Shown here: in pieces, positions 12,250 to 23,328 of the stretch
Layout of the letters: every line of letters starts with the position of its first letter
Position numbering within the stretch: position 1 is the stretch's first letter
Assembly: GCA_025558095.1 (NCBI GenBank)
Contig: JAIVFI010000031.1
Span: forward strand, 62,001-126,000
Length of the DNA stretch: 64,000 nucleotides
Direction of reading: 5' to 3'
Origin: Hyaloraphidium curvatum SAG 235-1
Lineage: Eukaryota > Fungi > Monoblepharomycota
Translations under genes and position numbers: made by a program
The notes under the pieces: generated by a model
Database searches by the model: none
Seen by the model: only the letters and a program-made list of their open reading frames with translations
What the model was told of the DNA's origin: nothing

Positions 12250-12585
12250 GTCGGGAAGGGTGCTTGCGTTTACCCGACGCACGTTCCAACTTCATCGCTG
12301 GGGTCGGCTGGAGCTCAGGTTTCGGATCGAGCTTAAACATCCATATGGTGCTTCGTTCGGGAAAGCAGATCGGTATTCCCGGGATTGTGCATGCCGAGCT
12401 TCTCCTTAAGCACGCGGCCGAGCTGCCCCGCGATTTCGGCCAATCTCGGCGGCCGACATTTGGAGCAGGGTGGGATGGGAAGTGCAGAACTGCAGTTCTG
12501 CGAATTCGTCTTGTTCAGGGAATAGATGCGAGAGGCCTTGAAAAGGGAAGCCCGACCGCACCGGCACGTCAGCGGTCACGCCGCG
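12250..12585. repeat. Non-coding segment upstream of the serine hydrolase, with a diverged copy at about 19985-20330
   Basis: Shared blocks such as GGGAAAGCAGATCGG, CATTTGGAGCAGGGTGGGA, CGTCTTGTTCAGGGAA and GATGCGAGAGGCCTT occur in the same order in both places. Confidence 0.8.
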
Positions 12586-12880
12586 ATCGGGCGGATAGAC
12601 CAGACCAGACCAGACCAGAAACAAAACAACAGCTCGTTGGCAGCGATGATCGCGTGTCGGCTCAGCACCTCAACCGTGTCGTGCCCATTGTCTCCTCGGA
12701 AGCCCGCGGAAAGGATTTGGCCGGGGCAGCGCGGCGGCGGCGGAGCCCCAGCAGGAGATGACCCTTCGATTCCCAGAATCCCACTGGGATCGGTAATCTA
12801 TATGCATTGAACAACAAGGACGCTTTGCAAACTCACTTGACCGGCAAACCAAATCCATACTGGCACACAATCTCCCGCTT

Positions 12881-14376
12881 TCACTGCCCAGGGGCCACGA
12901 TCCTCCTTTCGGGAACGGCCCCAGGTCCAGCGGACCCAATCGCCCCCGAGACCGCAACGAAATCGGCAGGGAACAAACCCTCCTCCCCCGTGCGCGCGTT
13001 GAATCCGCGCGCCCAACCGTCGGAGTAGGCCGCGTCGACGTAGATGCGATCTGAAGTATAGGGGCCGCGGGTCAGCCAGGTGGGGCGTTGCGTTTAGGTC
13101 CTGTTTATTCACCTCCTTGCACCATGGTGATCTCGTCGTCCTGCGCAGGGGTGTAGGCCGAGGAGGCGACGCCGAATGTCTTGACCGGGACGATGCTCGT
13201 GTCCGCCCTGTTGCCGTAGCTCGCAAACATGGACGGGAGGTAGGCAGGCGGAGGCGCGGCGACCGCGGGTTCCATTGACTTGTTGTACGCGGGCTTGACG
13301 ACGCCATCTTTGGCCGTTGCTTCTTCGCCTTGGGCACCAGCGGCGTTGCGGGACTTGCGCCGCTTCAGGTAGACGAGGAGGCCGACGACGGCTGCAGCCG
13401 CAACGCCGACGCCGACTACGATGCCGATGATGGCACCCATGGGGAGGCCAGAGCTGGAGGAGGCATCGCCGGCGGAAGTGATTGTAACGGGTTGGGCTTG
13501 AGCGTTGGCGTTGCACTCTGTTCCGCTCGACGATCGGGCGAAGCCCGGGTCGCAGTGGCAGAGGTCGGATTCACAGCGCCCGTGGCCGGAGCATCCAACG
13601 CCTTCGCAAGGGTCTCGGATCCGTTCGACGCACGAGGTGGATCCCGAGTTGACGTAGCCGGAGTCGCAGGTGCAGGATCCGCCGGAGCAGCGTCCGTGGC
13701 CGGAGCACGAAACACCGTCGCAGGGATTTCGGATCTGCTCGACGCACGACGTGGATCCCGAGTTGACGTAGCCGGAGTCGCAGGTGCAGGATCCGCCGGA
13801 GCAGCGTCCGTGGCCGGAGCACGAAACACCGTCGCACGGGTCCCGGGGCTTCTCGACGCACGAAGTGGAGCCCGAGCTGACGTAGCCGGAGTCGCACGTG
13901 CATGAGCCGCCGGAGCACCGGCCGTGACCGGAGCACGAGACGCCGGCACAGGGATCGGGGGCGGCGAGCACCTCGGTGTAGCCGTTGGTGACCCAGTACG
14001 CCGTGAATGACGATGATCCAGAGTTGGCGCGGCACGTGCCGTAGCAAACGTCCTTATTGACAAAGGAGTAGGACGATATCCGGTTGTCGTGGCAGAGGCA
14101 CCCTTTGGGAGGGTTGTCGCACTCGTCCTGGGGAAAGGTCGGGCATCAGCCAAGAACACCGCGGCGTGGAAGGGGACAACGTGCCCAATAGTAGGAGGTG
14201 CCGATAAGGGGATCATACCAATCTCCGCACCGGCCCGCGGTCTTGCACCAGGGAGTCCAGTGGAAGAGGGAGCCGCCGCAGGAGCTCGTGCAGAAGCAGC
14301 CGATGTTGCTGACCACTTCGCCGACGGCGCCGGAGACCGCGGCGGCGAGGAGAAGGGCGACAACGAAGCCCGGCAT
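12881..14376 (-). CDS. Type I membrane protein: signal peptide, Cys-rich domain, 4 EGF-like repeats, TM helix, cytoplasmic SH3 domain
   Basis: MPGFVVALLLAAAVSG signal. 4x CSGHGRCxxxxCxCDxG. TM AIIGIVVGVGVAAAAVVGLLVYL. Splicing after VQG gives AYTPAQDDEITMVQG-DRIYVDAAYSDGWARGFNARTGEEGLFPADFV, an SH3 signature. Confidence 0.85.
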
Positions 14377-15251
14377 TGACAAGGGCAGCCTGGCGGGCTT
14401 GATAAAGTGCCGGGGTGCCGTTCGAGGAGCCGGCGGGCCGCGCGTCGCGGGCGACAACATCGCGCGCTTAAGTGCCCAGCGCGGCAAACAGTGCCAGCGC
14501 TCGCGCTCACCATCGCGAGGAGGATTGCCGTGAAACTTGCGATTGAAGGTGTGGTTTGGTGAGGTTCTCTGATGACGTTCGAGCAGGGGAGAGCCAACGG
14601 CTTTTGTTCGGTTGATTGTAGGGTCTACTAGGACACAATTGAGTCTAGAGACACAGTTCTACACAGCCGCTGCTGGCCGCACGAGCCAAAATCTTGGACG
14701 AGCCCGAAAGACCCATGGGTCAACTTGCATCCGAGAGAGCGGTACACTTCTTCCACGTCGTCGGCATTGGCGCTTTGCCCTTAGCGGCGGCTCTCGTTGC
14801 ATTTTCGCGAAGCACTTCGACACAGCCAGTACTGCACTACTGGCCGCACGAGCCAAAATTGCGAGCGAAAATGCCTCTAGGAGAGCGACATGAGGCTTCC
14901 CAACCTGCCGGCATCGGTGCATCGGTGCTTACCGAAAGAAGGGGGGTGTCCCTCACCGCCTCCTTCCCCTGTCTCCATTCGGAAGATGGGATAGAGCGAG
15001 CATGCACGGTCTACGATAATGCCTTTAGCGTTAGACCGTGCTCCATCTATGGAGTTGCTGCCGATTCGGGCCGCATCGGAGGCGGAAAGCGTCCGTGCGC
15101 GATTCGGTACGCGGACGAGCGGCGACTGCAGGAACCCTCCGATCACTCTCCGGACACGCGAATCGTGCCTCACCGGCCTCCGGCAGCAGCAGATATCCAT
15201 AAATCGGCAATTGTCCACGACCGAGGGCGCATCGGACCTCCGCCGCCCGCG

Positions 15252-15401
15252 ATGTCCCCCCCCGCGACACCGATCCGAGTCGCCCTCGACTGGACGCCCA
15301 ACACGCTCCACTCCGGGTTCTTCGTCGCCCTCGACCGCGGGCTGTACGCCGCGGCGGCCCTCGACGTGTCGCTCGTTTCGCCGGCCGAGGACGCGTACAA
15401 G
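15252..15401 (+). pseudogene. 5' fragment (50 codons) of the NMT1/ThiY-like gene, duplicated from 23795-23944
   Basis: Near-identical to the start of the 23795 gene (MSPPATPIRVALDWTPNTLH...AEDAYK), then jumps into sequence lying upstream of thiL. Confidence 0.9.
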
Positions 15402-15451
15402 GTGCAGTTTAACACCGTGTCTCAAACACTGAGTCACCCAATATCCCCAAC

Positions 15452-16444
15452 ATGGCAGAGCCGCACGCCGCCGTCCCGGCAAAGCAGCCGCTCGGCGAGT
15501 TCGAGCTCATTTCCAAGTACTTCACGCGCCCCGCCCGCCGCGCGGTGCTCGGTGTCGGCGACGACTGCGCGCTGCTCGCCCCCCGCCCCGGGCGGCACCT
15601 CGCCGTGTCAACCGACATGCTGGTTTCCGGCCGGCACTTCTTCCCCGACGTCGACCCCGAACGGCTCGGGAAAAAGTGCCTCGCGGCGATTCTCAGCGAC
15701 CTCGCTGCGTGCGGCGCCGAACCCCTCGCGTTTACGCTGGCGATTTCCATCCCCGAACCCGACGAGGCCTTCCTCGCCGCCTTTGCGCGCGGGCTGGTGT
15801 CCGCCGCCGATTCGCACGACATCGAGCTCGTCGGCGGCGACACCACAAAAGGCCCGCTCGCGATCTGCATCACCGTGCTCGGCGACGTGCCGATCGGCGC
15901 CGCGCTCCTCCGCTCCGGTGCCGGGCCGGGGGACGACATCTGGGTCAGCGGGGTGCTGGGAGATGCCCGCCTCGCGCTCGACTCCATGCGCGGATTGCTC
16001 CCCTTGGGGGGGCGCGAGCTCGACGCCGTGGGGCCGGCGCTGGAGACGCCCGAGCCGCGGATCGCGCTGGGCGTCGCGCTCCGCGGCACCGCCACCTCCG
16101 CGATCGACCTCTCGGACGGGCTGCTCGGCGACCTCGCGCACATCCTCGAGCGATCGGGCGTCGGCGCTACCGTGGTTGCGGACCAGATCCCGCGGAGCGC
16201 CGTCCTCGCCGCGCAGCCCGCGAACGTGCAGAAGACCTGCGTGCTATCGGGCGGGGACGATTACGAACTGCTGTTCACGGCCAGCTCCCAATTCATCGAC
16301 GCCGTGCTGGAGGCGGGGCGGACGGCCGGGGTGGCGGTGACGAGGATCGGCAGGATCGAGGCCGAGGGCGGTCTCCGGGTCGTGGACGCAGACGGCGTGC
16401 CGATTGGCGACGTCGGAGGCTCGTACAACCACTTTCGCTCGTGA
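15452..16444 (+). CDS. thiL: Thiamine-monophosphate kinase (bacterial type), copy 1, intronless
   Basis: GEFELI..YF, LGVGDDCA, STDMLVSGRHF, LSDLAACGA, GGDTTKGPL, IDLSDGL, GGDDYELLFT and terminal YNHF motifs. Confidence 0.93.
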   Translation: MAEPHAAVPAKQPLGEFELISKYFTRPARRAVLGVGDDCALLAPRPGRHLAVSTDMLVSGRHFFPDVDPERLGKKCLAAILSDLAACGAEPLAFTLAISIPEPDEAFLAAFARGLVSAADSHDIELVGGDTTKGPLAICITVLGDVPIGAALLRSGAGPGDDIWVSGVLGDARLALDSMRGLLPLGGRELDAVGPALETPEPRIALGVALRGTATSAIDLSDGLLGDLAHILERSGVGATVVADQIPRSAVLAAQPANVQKTCVLSGGDDYELLFTASSQFIDAVLEAGRTAGVAVTRIGRIEAEGGLRVVDADGVPIGDVGGSYNHFRS

Positions 16445-16495
16445 TCAACATGTTCAGGACTTGATTTTGGTTGGGTGACGAACCGAGGAATCAGG

Positions 16496-16813
16496 CATCC
16501 TCGACAACCTCGGTGTCTACGCCGCCTCGAACGCCCGGATCGGCGCCGCCGCCGCCGTCCTGCTCGAGGGCGCCGACGCCGCCGCCCGCGCTGGCCTCCC
16601 CGACCCCGCCCTCGCCGCCGCACTGCGCGACCACGCCGCCCGGCTCGAGGCGTGCGCCGCCAGGTGGGCGCCCGCGAGGTTCCTCGGGTTCGAGGTGACC
16701 TACGGCGCGCTGCGGGCGCTAGTGGTGACGCTGCTGACGGTCGGGTTCGCGCTGTGGGGCATGCTGAGGGGACTGGGGGTCACCGTGGTGCTCGAGTCGT
16801 ACTGCTACGGATG
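16496..16813 (+). pseudogene. 3' fragment of the multi-TM (GRL-like) gene, duplicated from about 30215-30566
   Basis: ILDNLGVYAASNARIG...ARFLGFEVTYGALRALV...ESYCYG* with no 5' part. Confidence 0.85.
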
Positions 16814-17137
16814 AGGCGTCCTGCTCAGCACTGGCGGGCGGGGATTTGGGGTCGGGAGGCGAGGTTACGGAAGACCAAAGAGGCGCGATTCACGAGGGAG
16901 GAAAGCGGCGCGCGAGGGCTTGGAAATCGCAGATAAACGCTTTTCACCGATGGATCACGTTTCGCGAACTCGAAGACAGCAGCCGGAGCGGCACGCTCTC
17001 ACGGTCCCAAACCGCTATTCGACAGCCCAAACACCTCGTCCTCATCATTTCCAGCGGTCTCCCCTTGAAGTTGGCCTCCCCCTCGCCCCGTTCGGTCCAG
17101 GCATTCTGGGCCGGATGAAGGACTGATCGTCCGTCCC

Positions 17138-18105
17138 TCAGTCCTTTACGCACTTGCCCGTCCCGTCTCCCGCGTTACTGTCGCAATGGTTTCCGGTCCT
17201 GCAGGTGCTTCCCGCTGGCGGCGCGACGAAGCCGTCTGCGGGGAACCGGTGAGCGCTGGCGGTCGGCGGGCGCGGGGCCAGGGTTCTTACTGCAGCACGG
17301 AGTGGTGGCCACGCCGCAGATCACGCATGTCTGCCCGGGGCCGGGGCAGGTATACCCGGCGGCCGTGTTGCACGTGTTGCCCGCGCAGCAGAGCTGTGGC
17401 CCGTGCAGCGGCGGTTCGCGGCGGAAGTCCAGGATACCGTTCGGAAAGACGTCAGCCGAGACGGATGAAGCCCGAAAGAAAGCAATCGTCGGAGGTCAGA
17501 AAAGGAGATATCTGGGATCATCGGTACTCGCCTGGGAGAGGCCTCCGCAAGGGCACGTCTGGTCGCTGCGGACGCCAATCTCCGAGCCCGCGTCGCCCGG
17601 GGAGTACCCAATGCAAGTCGTGTAAAAGTCGCACGAGCCACTCGAGTCCCACGAGTAGATCAGGCACGACGTGCTGGCCGCGCACGCCGTGCGGCACTTG
17701 GCCAAGGTGTTGGCGCTTGGGTCGTTGGGGGGATCCGCCGGGTCGCCGCCGCTGCAGTACGTGTCGGTCTTGCAGGCCGAGTATGTGTAGCGACGATACA
17801 GGTGGCGCGCGGTGGGGTAGCTGACACAGGCAAGAGATCCCTCTGGAGCGCCGGGATAGGCCGCCTCGCAGTACTCCTCCGGTTTGCAACCGCCGCACGC
17901 CTCCACGAAGCGCACGTTCTCGACATCCGAATCGGCGGACTCGCTGATGGCGACCTCGAGGCCGGTGGGCACGCCGGCGGCGGACCTGTGGGGCCGGCCA
18001 GGGCGCCGCGTCAGCAGGGAAGCAAACGCCGCGCGAGCTGCGGGCCCACCGGGCGAGCGTGGCGAAGAGCGCGAGCCGCACGAGTGCTGTGAAGGTGACC
18101 TTCAT
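17138..18105 (-). CDS. Secreted Cys-rich protein (LYRR-module family, PAN/apple-like domain); introns include a probable GC-AG intron
   Basis: MKVTFTALVRLALFATLA signal; CGGCKPEEYC...ACVSY..LYRR; CRTACAASTSCLIYSW...CDFY; spliced Cys-rich tail ending CVKD*. Confidence 0.7.
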
Positions 18106-18788
18106 GGCGATGCCCAGGTTATGGCTATGCTCGTCGAGGGGACGGGTTGTCCCTGGAAAAGGGCACCAGTAGGGGGGTGCGACCCCCAGAAATGGGATAG
18201 GGACGAGGGAGATAACCTCGTTCGTAGGGCTGCTGCCACGCCCACAAAGAGCTCGGTCACCTCAGAGAGTAAACGGGCCTGAGGTGGTCACGCTGACGCA
18301 CTCGCGCCGCGCGGCGAGAAGACGGCAACGATTAAGGTCCGCAGCGGGCGGCTTCCTCGCCCATCGCGCGAAATCCGAATCAGCCTGCGGAGCGTCCCCC
18401 GATCTCCCATGCCCCCCTTTGCCCACGTGGGAGGATTGATCTTCGCGCGGCCGAGTCCCGGCGCGAATTTGGCTGCACGGATGCGCTCGCGCGAGAGGAG
18501 CGGGTCGAGGCGGAGGGCGGGATCCGCGTCAAGCGGCGTGCCGATCGGCGTAAGTCGGAGATTCGTTCAAAAGCACTTTCGATCGTGGTATCAAAACAAG
18601 TTCAGCATTTTGCTCGAATTACGCCGCCCATGAAACCGCGCCATGCCGGCCTCTCGGTCCATCCATCGATCAAGCTCGCTTCGGGGGCAATCTGCTTCGA
18701 GGGCCGAAGCCCCGACGGTCACGTGACTGAGCGTCGCCCAGACCTGGTGTCGTCGGAAACCGCGGTCCTGGGCATTCCATTCGATGCC

Positions 18789-19765
18789 ATGGAGGAGAAT
18801 GGGATGGTGGCGGAGGGCAAAGCGAACGGCGCCGCGGGTTCGGACGCCCCGCCGCCAGTGCCCCCCGCCGCGGACGCGTCTTCCGCTCATTTGGGGCCCC
18901 GTCAACGCGCCAAAGCGAAAACCCAACATCTCGATATTGTCGCCGAGGCGTATTCCGTCGCGTCAAAGTCGACGGCACACGGCGTGTGGCGCATCTTCGA
19001 CCGCCGCCGGCGCTGGGCCAACCGCATTTGCTGGGCGTTCCTGTGGCTGACGGCCTTCTCGCTGTTCGTCACCTACTTGGTGCTGCAGACCGAGTACCTG
19101 GCCAGTTTCCCCACATCGACCCTGATCACGCAGGTGTTTGTCTCGCCGACGCCGTTTCCGGCCGTCAGCGTGTGCATCTCCTCGCTGAACCGCACCACCG
19201 TCGCCGCATTCCTGCGGCCGCCGCGGGGCTCCACCGTGCTGGAGCAGGTCGCGGACATCTTCAACGGCTCGGGCGTCGCGTGCTTCTACGGGCTGCACAC
19301 CGCGCGGCAGCTGCTGCGCTACGAGATCCCCTCGGACGGCTCGGGCTGCTCGGCCCGCTCCACGGTCAGCTTCGTGGACTACCCCTTCGCCTGGTCCCCG
19401 ACGCTGTGCATCACCACGCCCGGCGACCTGGTGGCGGACCAGCCCGGCTACACGCTCACCATCGTCGGCCGCGTCCCGGGCCTGGGCGTCCTGGACCAGC
19501 TCACCTACGGAATCCGCCAGGCCGACGCCCAGTTCCAGCCGATGCTGGCCAACCTTCTCTCCACTGGCATCCACACCCGGGAACGGTTCCACATCGGCAC
19601 CACCCGCAACATCCGCAACTGCGACCCCCAGCCTGGCGGGCAGCCCAAATGTCTCGCCGACTTCCAGCAGCAGTGCGTCGAAAAGGCCTGCTCGTGCCGC
19701 TATCCCGCCGTTGCCGGCAATGTCTCGGGCTCCTCCCTCTCCGACCTGGTCGAGCAGCTCCCCGG
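18789..19765 (+). pseudogene. Truncated DEG/ENaC channel paralog lacking the distal ectodomain and TM2
   Basis: Highly similar to 30972-31940 up to LSDLVEQLPG, after which the ORF runs into unrelated sequence. Confidence 0.85.
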
Positions 19766-20514
19766 CTGGGGGACGGCGGGGGCGACGGTGTCCTTCCGCA
19801 TGGTCGAAATGAACCCGGACCCCACCCATTTTATTGAGTATTCTCATCTCGAAATCGATCGCTTCTCTAGGCATCGTCACCAGCCTTCCAGGCCTGCGCA
19901 AAGTCGGACTCCACCCCCTGTCCCACCGCCGCCAGCCGACCCGCCACCGTCAGCAGTGCTGCGTGGCGTCCGGGCGCCTGCACCGTCGGGTAAGGGCGTT
20001 TGGGTTTACCCGACTGCACAACGCTGGGGTGAGCCGGCAGATGGCTACACTACCGCAGCTGGAGCTCAGGTTTTGGATCAAACATCGGTGTGGTGCTTTG
20101 TTCAGGGAAAGCAGATCGGGATTTCCGGGATGTGCATGCTGGAGCTTCTCGTCAAGCACCGGCCGAGTGGACGCATGATTCCGGCCAATTTCGGCGGCCG
20201 GCATTTGGAGCAGGGTGGGAAGGGAAGCGCAGGCGTGCCGTTCTGCGGATCCGTCTTGTTCAGGGAAACGATGCGAGAGGCCTTTGGAAATGGAAACCCA
20301 GCACACCCTCACGTCAGCGGTCATGCCGCCCCTGATCGTAAGCTAACGTCGAACGGTCCGCCCATGCCATAGAGAGTTGACGTGATTTACACGTAGTTAG
20401 CTATGATCCGTGTGGTGCTCTTCTCCTCCTCTCTTTCCTCCTCCGTCTTCGCCCTCGAGCAGTTTCAAACTTGTCCATTACACGGCACCGGCCAATCACG
20501 TTTAGGAATTGTTG

Positions 20515-21440
20515 CTAGGTGCACCCCGGTGTTTTAACGGCCACGTTGGGGGCCCTGCAGCTGCCTGCGATGTCCCAAACCCACTGGGGATGACGGACAG
20601 GATGGCGGTAAAAGCATGCCCGGCGGCGCAGAAGGATACAACCCACCACGACGGGTCCGATCTTCTGGCAGGTTTTCGAAGAGAAGACGAGGTTGGAGTT
20701 GGAGTCGATAACGCAGGCGAAGTAGCTGCTGCACTTCTTCACGTCGCCAAAGTCGCCGACGCTCGGGCATGTGAAGTACTTGTTGTCGCACCTGGTGCCA
20801 TCGTAACCTGCATTGCACGTGCTGCAAAAGGCCACGGTTCCACTACCTCGTCCGGGAGCTCCCGCCCCGTACCGGCTCACCAGGAGTAGAACGGGGCCAC
20901 GTTCCGGACGGTGCAGACTCCGTTCGCACCGCAGATGTTCTGCGCGCAGTAATTGATCCTAGTACCGCAGTCTGCTCCGAGCCGGCGGGATGAGGGTCGG
21001 AACCCGGGCCGCTCCATCAGAACTCACTGTCCCCACCCCAGGGCGCCGAGCAGCTGCAGGTGTAGGCCGTGGGCGATGTCTTGGTGCAGGTGCCGTTGTT
21101 CTGGCACGGCGATGAGCTACACGGGTCGGGTTCGTCGGCCGTTGCCTGCGCGGCGGGTCGGTCACTTGGACCAGGCGGAGATTGGCGAGGGCCCCACTGC
21201 GTAGCGGCGGTACAGGTCGGGCAGCCCAGCGTATGCCACGCAGGAAACGTGGCCCTCGCGTGCGGTCCCGTATTCGCAGAACTCGGTGCCGGCGCACTCC
21301 GCGCAGCTGCGGCGGTAGCGGACCGAGTGGCCGTCGCCGTCGCCAGAAACGGGGCGCGCTGCCGGTGCCGCTCCGGCCGGGGTCGAGGCGATCGCGGCGG
21401 CGACAAGGACAAAGAACAGGACGGCCGAGAGCGGACGCAT
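20515..21440 (-). CDS. Secreted protein: LYRR module, 2 EGF domains, CBM14/peritrophin-A-like chitin-binding domain
   Basis: MRPLSAVLFFVLVAAAIA signal; CSSSPCQNNGTC...YTCSC; CAQNICGANGVC...YSCTCNAGYDGTRC; CPSVGDFGDVKKCSSYFAC...C...WD...C...C; four GT-AG introns. Confidence 0.7.
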
Positions 21441-21849
21441 CGGAAGGATGGGGGGGAAGAGAAGCAGATTTGGATCGGCGGCGCAATTCTCAGCTTGGTA
21501 GGGACCTGGGTGCCTTCCGCACGGCGCACAGGGGGAAAAGATCATTTACGCCGCCCCGCGAGCGGACGGCGCACGGTCGGAAGCGAGTCACTTGATCAAA
21601 CTGACGGCGTAAGTGGACAAATCCTCGGCATCGTGCGGCGGCCGGCTTGCGGGAGCAATTGTGTCTATCATGTCCGACATCCGCTGCGGCCGAGGCGCAG
21701 TCCCATGCCGGCAACGCCTCGACCTTGAACCATCTTGGGAGAAGCACCCAGCACTGTCGCAGGAGCCAGGGCTCGCCGGCATAGAGGATGTACGTCGTAC
21801 CTCGATCGGCTGCGTGCCGCACGATCCGCCCTGTACCCTGCATTGTCAG

Positions 21850-22231
21850 GAGAAGCCGTGGGAGGCGTGCCGCCAATGCAGTACGTGCCGGTCTTGCAGG
21901 CCGATTTGTTTAGCGACGGTACAGGTGGCGCGCTCTGGGGTAGCTGAAACGGGCAAGAGATTCCACGGTGCCGGGGTAGGCCGCTTCTACTCCTGCGGTT
22001 CGCAACCGCCGCACTCCTCTACGAAGCGCACGTTCTCGGCATCCTGGTCGGCGGGCTTGCCGATGGCGACCTCGATGCCGAGGCCGGTGGTGGGCACCCC
22101 GGCGGCGGGCCTGCGCGGCACCGATCGCGCGGCGTCAGCACGGGGACGCGGACGGCACGCTAGCCGCGGACCCACCGGGCGAGCACGGCGAAGAGCGCCA
22201 ACGGCACGAGTGTTATGAGGGTGACCTTCAT
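21850..22231 (-). pseudogene. Degenerate paralog of the 17138-18105 secreted protein
   Basis: MKVTLITLVPLALFAVLAR and ENVRFVEECGGCEPQE, then a premature TAG at 21987 and frameshifted homology. Confidence 0.8.
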
Positions 22232-22458
22232 TTTGCTGCCCAAGTTATGGACTGTGCTGGGTCCCCCGATTTGCTGGGGATGCACCCCAACGCCCACGTG
22301 GGAGGATTCGCCGTGCGCGGCAGTCCCCAAACGACATTCACGGCGCCGATCCGCCCGCGCCAGCGGATCGAAGGGGAGGCCAGGTACCGTGCCCGGACGC
22401 GGACGGCGTGCCGGTCGGCAACGTAAGAGGATCGTACAACAACCTTCACTCGTGATCA

Positions 22459-23328
22459 GATCTCTATCACAGGCGCTGAGCGCCCCCCAACCCCGATACA
22501 TCACGTCACGCCATATACATTGAATTCGGGGAAGAGGGGAGGGGTTAGATGTCCGCCGAGCTGCCGGGTACAGGCTTCCTTGAACCTGTTCATAAGCTGT
22601 TGGCAACCCAGTACGCGCCCCCGCTGAACAACGGCGCGCAGACGGCCGGTCTGGCGGGCCATGAGACCATCGACATCCCAGTCTTTGCCGTCGGATTTGG
22701 TGCGCGGGGGAGAGATCTCTCGAGACCAAACACGGAGCTGTTCGTCCGCCGCGTCGTGCAGGCGGCCGAAGGTCGAGACCGCAAACCAAACGAGGTTGTG
22801 CACGGGGGGATCGGGAACGTAGAACTGGTTGGCAAGGGCCGTCGCCTTCTTCTGAACAGCGCGGCGCAGGAGCGAGGTCTCGTTGCGGGAGTCCGTCGAG
22901 CGCGAGGCCGTGACGCTGGGGGTAACAACGGTGGCGTCGACGAGGTCAGAACGAGCGCCCACGCGGCGGATAACGATGGCGGTCGAGGTTTTCCCGATGT
23001 CCAGGGCTCGTGCAAGTGTGGTGTCTTTGGGCACGAACCCATTCTCGAGGTAACAACGATGACGACGGTAGACGACCACGCCACGGGAGGCGAGCTTGTC
23101 CTTGAGCTCATCCGCCAACGCAGATTCAAGCGCGTTGTGCCGCGCAACCTTGCCCATTATCGGGCACGTGAAGGCGTGCAGGAAGTCGGCTCCCCGCGGC
23201 GCAAGGATGCGTGTGACCTGCCTGCCACTGCCGTCGTCGACAGTGCACCCGAGCGGGCAGAGCATCTGCGATGGTAGGGCCGAGAGCCAAGGGGCAGGGA
23301 GACCGAGGTCGGTACAGATGTTCAGCTG
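22459..23328 (-). mobile_element. 5'-truncated non-LTR retrotransposon remnant, CRE/SLACS-like (Zn knuckle and restriction-like endonuclease)
   Basis: ORF 22501..23343 has C..GC...H..TC....RHN, D-A-T-V-V-x-P, A-x-x-KK, FAVSTFG and VVQRG. It is flanked by the 11-bp direct repeat ACTCGTGATCA at 22448-22458 and 23329-23339. Confidence 0.75.

Noticed and set aside
12597-12620. (GACCA)n and the (GGAA)n run near 54460 as telomeric or functional repeats
   Set aside because: Short simple microsatellites of a few units.
14694-16340. 548-aa ORF as a real gene
   Set aside because: It is a chimera of intergenic DNA, the 50-codon NMT1 fragment and an off-frame read of thiL.
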